Below, one piece after another: positions 5,630 to 10,753 of a stretch of 10,753 bases of DNA. The stretch is taken from contig NZ_JAYKGW010000185.1 in NCBI RefSeq assembly GCF_035285525.1, forward strand, positions 1 through 10,753, written 5' to 3'. The stretch is from Okeania sp. (lineage in GTDB: Bacteria; Cyanobacteriota; Cyanobacteriia; Cyanobacteriales; Microcoleaceae). The notes beneath the pieces were generated by a model. That model saw nothing but the letters and a program-made list of their open reading frames with translations. It was not told where the DNA came from and did not search any database. A program made the position numbers and the translations under genes. The stretch's first letter is position 1. Each line of letters starts with the position of its first letter.

Positions 5630-6376
5630 TCAACAATGAAAAATGATGCTAGTTAGTTGATTTTCGACTTCATTCATATAATCTGTTAATCCTGTACTCA
5701 CACCTCTTTTTTGCAAAGTTTCCAAACTTGTTTCTTCCCAACATTTCCGTTCTCTTTCAAATTCTCCTCTTGTGAGTTTTTCCAGCACTATTTTAGGATT
5801 TCTCATCCGTTTAGTTTCTTCTTTTGAATTAGAACATAATCTATGAGATTCCTCACAAGGATCAAACTTTAATTCACTTTTAATCTCTTCCAGAATTTTT
5901 GCTTCTGATTTATCCAGCGGAATAAAACCATTCAAAACCCATGCTTCTCGGTTTCGGTTTGCCATTCCCATAACAATTTTAAATTGGCGATCGCTATATT
6001 CGGAGCGCACTTTTTCGATACTTTCTTTTCGCTCAGGTTGATCATCTAAATCGCGGATAAAGACAACTGCTTTAATTTGTCGTTGTCGCGTTTTTTGCAG
6101 ACAAGAGACAAATTTCAGAATTTTTTTTGCTGCTGCACCATCAGCACCTTTAGCACCACGAGTTTTAGGTATCTTAACACCGGAGTTCTCAATTATACGT
6201 TTAATATCCTTCCAACAGGAATATTCTATATTTTCTTCTAAACCGCTCCACTGAAAAAAGTCTTGAAGTTGTTCTTCTTCTAACCAATCGACTTTTTCCA
6301 GTAAAAGGCGATCGCCTAATTTAGTAGCAGTTCGTGCATCAGCTTTACTTTCTACAATCACAATACATTCATTCAT
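5630..6376 (-). CDS. Small TOPRIM-like protein (resembling DUF4276, RloB or DUF4435), a putative nuclease partner of the upstream ATPase
   Basis: 248 aa counted from the ATG at 6376. The track's longer start at 6391 is a TTG. A GAGGA Shine-Dalgarno sequence (6385..6389) lies 8 nt upstream of this ATG, and the ATG overlaps the ATPase stop as ATGAATGA. The motif order fits a TOPRIM-like fold: an early beta-strand ending in Glu (CIVIVESKAD), an acidic DxD after a hydrophobic strand (AVVFIRDLDDQ, nt 6041..6055), and a later Glu-Trp (NREAWVLNGF). The family assignment is a by-eye inference. Confidence 0.6.
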   Translation of the reverse strand: MNECIVIVESKADARTATKLGDRLLLEKVDWLEEEQLQDFFQWSGLEENIEYSCWKDIKRIIENSGVKIPKTRGAKGADGAAAKKILKFVSCLQKTRQRQIKAVVFIRDLDDQPERKESIEKVRSEYSDRQFKIVMGMANRNREAWVLNGFIPLDKSEAKILEEIKSELKFDPCEESHRLCSNSKEETKRMRNPKIVLEKLTRGEFERERKCWEETSLETLQKRGVSTGLTDYMNEVENQLTSIIFHC

Positions 6377-7499
6377 TTGTTTTTTCCTCAATTACCCAAT
6401 CTTCACCTTCAGCATCCCAAAATTCTCCAGTAGTTAAAGTTTGTTTTGCCCATTCAACATCTGGATGTTCATCTAATCTTTTGCAACAAGTCAATCCTGA
6501 ATTATTGTTAGTTAAAACATGAACTTGAGAGGGTGTAAGCTCATCAATAATATAAGGAGAATGAGTTGAAAAAATAATTTGTAAATTAGGATTCACTTTA
6601 ATAATTTCCTTAAAAACAGACATTAATTCTCGTTGTGCTTGAGGATTAAGTCCTTGCTCAACATCATCTAATAATACTAAATTAGGTGCATTTGGATTCA
6701 TTAAAACTGTCAATAAACCAAGAGCAAGAATTGTTCCTTCACTAATAGCATGGGCAGGAATTTTATCTCCACTCTTCATATCGAAAACTATTTCTTGTCC
6801 TGCCATCTCTTGACTTTCTTGGTAAGAAATAGATTTTCCATCTACTTCTATTAAACGTTGGCGATCGACTGCAACTTTAGCTCGTCTGATTCCAAACCTT
6901 TTGACATCGGGAACAACTTGTCGCAGCATTTCTTGCAAAGATTGAAATTTATCTGGTGCTTCGTTGCGCAAGTCATCTAAGTAAGGTGCTATCCCGGAAC
7001 CATTAAACTCAATTTGTGGTGTCACTGCTTCACTATAAGCAACTGTAGCAAGATTAGCAGCTATCAATTTCAAGTAAACTAAATATCTCCAATACTCTAT
7101 TACTTCAGAAGATACTAATGAGATTTGTCCATCTGAACGCTTATTTCCTTTGGGGTTTGAAAATAATATTGCCCGCCAACCAGAATCATCCTTTTTTCGC
7201 CAATCAAGAGTTAATTTACAGTTTTGTATAGGGTTATCTTCCAAAAAAATATTTACAGTAACAGATATCTGATTTTCTCCCTTTCTTGCTATAATTTCTG
7301 GGGAATTTTCATGTTTAAAAACGTCTTGAAATAATGAATTATTTTCCTGTGCAAGTCTGCTCAAATAATGTAATGCTTGTAAAACAGATGTTTTACCAGA
7401 ACCATTAGGTCCTACGAGTGCGTGCAGTCGGGAATCATCAAATTCAAGGTTTGTTTCTGGATGACTTTTAAAGTTATCTAGTTTTATTGTTTTTAACAT
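6369..7499 (-). CDS. ABC/SMC-like AAA_21/AAA_15-type ATPase (376 aa)
   Basis: The N-terminus MLKTIKLDNFKSH...LHALVGPNGSGKTSVLQAL contains Walker A (nt 7386..7412). Also present are a signature-like AISEGTILALGLL, Walker B LVLLDDVEQGLNP (nt 6657..6680 for LVLLDDVE) and the H-loop IIFSTHSPYIIDE. This layout is typical of the defence-associated AAA_21 ATPases (AriA, PtuA, AbiLi and the OLD N-terminal domain). Confidence 0.85.
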   Translation of the reverse strand: MLKTIKLDNFKSHPETNLEFDDSRLHALVGPNGSGKTSVLQALHYLSRLAQENNSLFQDVFKHENSPEIIARKGENQISVTVNIFLEDNPIQNCKLTLDWRKKDDSGWRAILFSNPKGNKRSDGQISLVSSEVIEYWRYLVYLKLIAANLATVAYSEAVTPQIEFNGSGIAPYLDDLRNEAPDKFQSLQEMLRQVVPDVKRFGIRRAKVAVDRQRLIEVDGKSISYQESQEMAGQEIVFDMKSGDKIPAHAISEGTILALGLLTVLMNPNAPNLVLLDDVEQGLNPQAQRELMSVFKEIIKVNPNLQIIFSTHSPYIIDELTPSQVHVLTNNNSGLTCCKRLDEHPDVEWAKQTLTTGEFWDAEGEDWVIEEKTNE

Positions 7500-7924
7500 T
7501 CAATTACTAACATCCTTATCATTGATAATTTCATAATTTAATTAAGCTAGTTATTCCCAAGTTAATATTATTTATACATTAAATTAACAGCAACAGAACA
7601 AGATTTATTAATACCTAAATAACTGTTAGGAGAAAGCCAATAATTTGAAATTATTCAAGAAAATGGGAAAATTATTATCACCAGCATTAAAAAAAATACT
7701 TTATATTTAAAATTTAGGTGAAAATTATGTAGAATATGATGTATAAAATAGCAAAAATATTTGAAGATATTAAGTTTGTTATTTGAGACTTATTTCTGAA
7801 TAAATCTATTAAGTTGTTTAACTAATAAATTTACTGTTTGGGAACGATTATTATTAACAGTATCGGGTTGATTATATTACAATACGGTTCAGTTAATATA
7901 GAATCCGGTTATATGCTTATCTTA

Positions 7925-8048
7925 TCTACACCAAGGAAGGTAGTAGAAGTATCCCCCCAACCCCCCTTTGAAAGGGGGGCAGAAGAGGAAAAATTAACTG
8001 AGAAGGTACAAAGTTTTTTATCAACTAATTATCTTGATTCTATTCTAG
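7925..8048 (-). repeat. Dispersed repeat with a C6-TTTSAAA-G6 hairpin, in inverted orientation relative to 8299..8423 and 8459..8557
   Basis: The reverse complement of atccccccaacccccctttgaaagggggg (7951..7979) is cccccctttcaaaggggggttggggggat, which matches 8392..8421 and 8527..8556. The flanks also align: the reverse complement reads caagataattagttgataaaaaactttgtaccttctc, against cttgataatcagcgataaaa..aaaacctttatccctctaaaac. Confidence 0.65.
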
Positions 8049-8186
8049 AATAAGACGAAAACTCATAAGATATAGCAATGTGCGCTGGCATGTTTACAAA
8101 TTGCAGGAAGTGTCCAATAGCTTCAAGTCTTATATTATAGGCAATTTATTCTCCCTGTTGCCTGCGCGCAGCGCTATATGGAACCA

Positions 8187-8302
8187 TTACAGCGCTTTTC
8201 AAATGGATGAACTATACCGCCATAACCAACATCTTGTAGGGACGTTGCATAACAAAAATGCTAACGTCCCTACTATGGTTTATTGAAATGAAAACCGCTG
8301 TA
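8187..8302 (-). mobile_element. MITE-like element, copy R, inverted relative to copy L and lacking the nested insertion
   Basis: The termini are ttacagcgctttt (8187..) and aaaaccgctgta (..8302). The central stem pairs gtagggacgt (8236..8245) with acgtccctac (8264..8273). Its reverse complement aligns with 5453..5608 at roughly 85 percent identity by eye. Confidence 0.75.
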
Positions 8303-8423
8303 TATCATATCTTGATAATCAGCGATAAAACTCCGTTCCGCTTACGCGATCAAAAACCTTTATCCCTCTAAAACAATATTCCCTCATGCTTCCCCCCTTT
8401 CAAAGGGGGGTTAGGGGGGATTT
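8299..8423 (+). repeat. Dispersed repeat unit with a C6/G6 hairpin, copy 1, carrying an extra ~21-nt segment
   Basis: tgtatatcatatcttgataatcagcgataaaa[ctccgttccgcttacgcgatc]aaaaacctttatccctctaaaacaatattccctc..cccccctttcaaaggggggttaggggggatt. The bracketed segment is absent from copy 2. Confidence 0.7.
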
Positions 8424-8458
8424 ATTCTACAGTCTAACGATTCAAAATTAAAACTATT

Positions 8459-8557
8459 GTATATCATGTCCGGATAATCAGTGATAAAAAACCTTTATCC
8501 CTTCAAAACAATATTCCCTCCTATTTCCCCCCTTTCAAAGGGGGGTTAGGGGGGATT
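8459..8557 (+). repeat. Dispersed repeat unit with a C6/G6 hairpin, copy 2
   Basis: tgtatatcatgtccggataatcagtgataaaaaacctttatcccttcaaaacaatattccctc..cccccctttcaaaggggggttaggggggatt is a direct repeat of copy 1. It ends about 70 nt before the groEL stop codon. Confidence 0.7.
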
Positions 8558-8627
8558 TCCTTTACTGAACCCTATTGTTAAATTAGGCTAACTTTAAAAT
8601 ATTAGACTTTGGGTTGGTAGGCAAAAA

Positions 8628-10301
8628 TTACATCATTCCCATACCAGGCATTCCCATGCCACCCATACCGCCCATACCGCCCATGCCGCCCATGCCACCA
8701 TCCATATCAGGCATAGCAGCTTTTTTCTCAGGCTTCTCAACAACTACAGCTTCAGTAGTTAATACCATACCAGCAATGGAACCAGCATTTTGCAACGCGG
8801 AACGTACCACCATCGCCGGATCGAGAATACCAGCAGCAATCATATCTTCATATTCGCCAGTTATCGCATTGTAACCAACACTGAAATCAGTAGAACGTAC
8901 TTTCTCAACAACTACGGAACCTTCTGCACCAGAGTTATCAGCAATTTGACGCAAAGGAGCTTCCAAAGCACGCTTCACAATATTCGCACCAATTTGCTCT
9001 TCTTCAGTTAAGCTACCTTTCAACTCCTCCACTTTAGAAGACAAATGAATTAAAGTAGTACCACCACCAGGTACAATACCTTCTTCCACAGCAGCTTTGG
9101 TTGCATTCAAAGCATCCTCAATGCGTAACTTCCGGTCTTTGAGTTCAGTTTCTGTAGCAGCACCAACTTTGATGACTGCAACCCCACCAGCTAATTTAGC
9201 GATACGCTCCTGTAATTTCTCTTTGTCGTAATCAGAGTCAGTCTCTTCAAGCTGTTTGCGAATTTGACCGATCCGCTTTTTGACTTCCTCTGCTGTTTCT
9301 CCACCAGCAACAATAGTAGTGTTGTCTTTGTTAATAGTAATTTTGCGACCAACACCCATCATATCTAAGTCTGCCATCTCTAGACTCAGACCAACTTCTT
9401 CAGAAATTAGTTGACCACCAGTCAGAATAGCAATATCTTGCAGCATAGCTTTCCGGCGATCACCAAAACCAGGAGCTTTCACAGCAGCAACATTTAACAC
9501 ACCTCTTGCTTTATTCACCACCAAAGTTGCTAAAGCTTCTCCTTCAATATCCTCAGCAATAATTAATAAAGCTTGACCAGCGCGAGCCACCTTTTCTAAT
9601 ACCGCTACCAAATCCTGAATAGAAGAAATTTTCTTATCAGTAATTAAGATGCGAGCATTTTCAAACTCCACAACCAACCGCTCTTGATCGGTAACAAAAT
9701 AAGGAGACAAATAACCACGATCGATTTGCATTCCTTCCACAACATCCAACTCTGTAGACAGAGACTTAGACTCTTCCACAGTGATGACTCCATCCTTGGT
9801 AACTTTTTCCATTGCTTCAGAAATCATTTTTCCGACTTCTGCATCACCACCTGCGGAAACTGTAGCAACTTGAGCGATCGCCTCTCCTTCTACTGGTTTA
9901 GCAGCTGTTTCTATTTCTGCAACTAAGTGATTAATAGTTTTTTCAATCCCTTTACGCACTGCCACTGGGTTCGCACCAGCAGCAACGTTTTTGAGACCTT
10001 CCTTAATCATAGATTGAGCTAAAACTGTAGCAGTAGTTGTGCCATCTCCAGCAATATCCTTAGTTTTGGATGCTACTTCTTGAATTAATCTAGCACCTGT
10101 ATTTTCTAGAGGATCTTCTAACTCAATATCCTTTGCTACGGTAATCCCATCATTAACGATTTGGGGAGCGCCAAATTTTTTCTCTAATAATACGTTTCTA
10201 CCTTTTGGACCCATTGTTATTCTGACCGCATCAGCTAAGGTATTGATACCTTTTTCTAGAGCGCGTCTGGATTTATCATCAAATTCTACAATTTTGGCCA
10301 T
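8628..10301 (-). CDS. groEL: Chaperonin GroEL (60 kDa chaperonin), monocistronic cpn60-2 type with no groES immediately upstream
   Basis: [41 protein letters not shown]..., [12 protein letters not shown], and a C-terminal GGM-repeat tail ([24 protein letters not shown]). The start is set at the ATG at 10301, which has an AGGA ribosome-binding site. The track's extra 8 residues (METIRKKD) begin at a TTG. No groES ORF lies between this gene and the window end. Confidence 0.97.
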   Translation of the reverse strand: MAKIVEFDDKSRRALEKGINTLADAVRITMGPKGRNVLLEKKFGAPQIVNDGITVAKDIELEDPLENTGARLIQEVASKTKDIAGDGTTTATVLAQSMIKEGLKNVAAGANPVAVRKGIEKTINHLVAEIETAAKPVEGEAIAQVATVSAGGDAEVGKMISEAMEKVTKDGVITVEESKSLSTELDVVEGMQIDRGYLSPYFVTDQERLVVEFENARILITDKKISSIQDLVAVLEKVARAGQALLIIAEDIEGEALATLVVNKARGVLNVAAVKAPGFGDRRKAMLQDIAILTGGQLISEEVGLSLEMADLDMMGVGRKITINKDNTTIVAGGETAEEVKKRIGQIRKQLEETDSDYDKEKLQERIAKLAGGVAVIKVGAATETELKDRKLRIEDALNATKAAVEEGIVPGGGTTLIHLSSKVEELKGSLTEEEQIGANIVKRALEAPLRQIADNSGAEGSVVVEKVRSTDFSVGYNAITGEYEDMIAAGILDPAMVVRSALQNAGSIAGMVLTTEAVVVEKPEKKAAMPDMDGGMGGMGGMGGMGGMGMPGMGMM

Positions 10302-10333
10302 ATCTTTTTTCCTAATTGTTTCCAACTAAAAAT

Positions 10334-10360
10334 TTAGCACTCTATACAATCGAGTGCTAG
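10334..10360. promoter_or_regulatory. CIRCE operator (HrcA binding site) in the groEL leader
   Basis: TTAGCACTC-tatacaatc-GAGTGCTAg matches the consensus TTAGCACTC-N9-GAGTGCTAA at 17 of 18 positions. It sits 32 nt upstream of the groEL ATG. Confidence 0.9.
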
Positions 10361-10380
10361 TTGGTGGAAACCGTACATGG

Positions 10381-10753
10381 GATAATGAATAATTAATAAT
10401 GAATAATTAGGGTTTAGGGTTTTTAGATAATATCAAATCCGGTAGTATCCGTTTAAATAAAGAATGTGGAAAATAATGAATAATTAATAATTAGGATTTT
10501 TGTATAATATCAAATCTGGTAGTATCCGTTTAAATAAAGAATGTGAGAAGTAATGAATAATTAATAATGAATAATTAATAATTAGGGTTTTTGGATAATA
10601 TTAAATCTGGTAGTATCAGTTTAACAAAGAATGTGAGAAGTAATGAATAATTAGGGTTTAGGGTTTTTAGATAATATCAAATCCGGTAGTATCCGTTTAA
10701 ATAAAGAATGTGAGAAGTAATGAATAATTAATAATGAATAATTAATAATTAGG
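10381..10753. repeat. Variable-length tandem array (77-nt and 90-nt units, at least 4.5 copies) upstream of groEL, running off the right window edge
   Basis: The core atcaaatc(c/t)ggtagtatc(c/a)gtttaa(a/c)aaagaatgtg(a/g)gaa recurs, with ggtagtat at 10441, 10518, 10608 and 10685 (spacings 77, 90 and 77). The units differ in the number of internal aatgaataattaataa and tagggttt sub-repeats. Confidence 0.85.

Noticed and set aside
6334-6522. A 62-aa plus-strand ORF across the ATPase/TOPRIM junction
   Set aside because: It is antisense to two well supported, translationally coupled minus-strand genes.
7663-7710. A 15-codon ORF (MGKLLSPALKKILYI) in the AT-rich region upstream of the ATPase
   Set aside because: It is too short, has no ribosome-binding site, and such ORFs are expected by chance in AT-rich DNA.
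7838-8286. Plus-strand ORFs at 7838..8053 and 8080..8286
   Set aside because: They are read through the C6/G6 hairpin repeat and MITE copy R respectively. They have no motifs, and their starts are non-ATG or lack a ribosome-binding site.
8614-8874. An 86-aa plus-strand ORF rich in PMPPIPP
   Set aside because: It is the antisense shadow of the groEL GGM-repeat tail. The minus-strand GroEL reading is unambiguous.
8790-9926. Plus-strand ORFs at 8790..9011 and 9684..9926
   Set aside because: Both lie entirely inside groEL on the opposite strand and have no recognisable motifs, so they are shadow ORFs.
10302-10325. The longer GroEL N-terminus (METIRKKD...) given in the ORF track
   Set aside because: It starts at a TTG. 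The canonical MAKI... start at 10301 has an AGGA ribosome-binding site at the right distance and matches the conserved GroEL N-terminus.
10407-10424. ttagggtttagggttt, which resembles plant-type TTTAGGG telomere repeats
   Set aside because: There are only two units, they sit inside a bacterial tandem repeat unit, and the context is prokaryotic. The resemblance is coincidental.
10381-10753. The array upstream of groEL (and the 76-bp array at 3482..3730) considered as possible CRISPR arrays
   Set aside because: The segments between conserved cores are themselves repeated AT-rich sub-repeats rather than unique spacers. Unit lengths are 76-90 nt, and no cas genes are present in the window.

Overview
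This is an AT-rich window carrying intact HIP1 octamers (GCGATCGC at 5987..5994, 6308..6315 and 9874..9881), so it is most likely chromosome from a filamentous cyanobacterium of the Nostocales type. From left to right it holds eight things. (1) The 5' end of a DNA cytosine-5 methyltransferase on the minus strand, running off the window. (2) Relic fragments of a kinase gene. (3) A Hanks-type Ser/Thr kinase fused to two tandem GUN4 domains, whose reading frame is broken by a 25-nt micro-insertion. (4) A decayed macro-domain gene. (5) A 76-bp tandem array followed by about 490 nt of non-coding DNA. (6) A DUF924 protein with a signal peptide. (7) A translationally coupled minus-strand operon encoding a compact ABC/AAA_21-type ATPase and a small TOPRIM-like protein. 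(8) A repeat-dense spacer, then monocistronic groEL (cpn60-2 type) with a CIRCE operator and a variable-length tandem array upstream. The best candidate for an uncharacterised system is the ATPase plus TOPRIM-like pair at 5630..7499. It has the gene logic of PARIS, AbiL and split-OLD defence modules but is unusually small, and it is bracketed by inverted copies of one MITE. A second notable layer is a 24-25 nt micro-element present three times. Two copies sit exactly inside a HIP1 palindrome, one of these frameshifts the kinase, and the third is nested inside a MITE. All calls come from reading translations and repeats by eye. No database search was possible.
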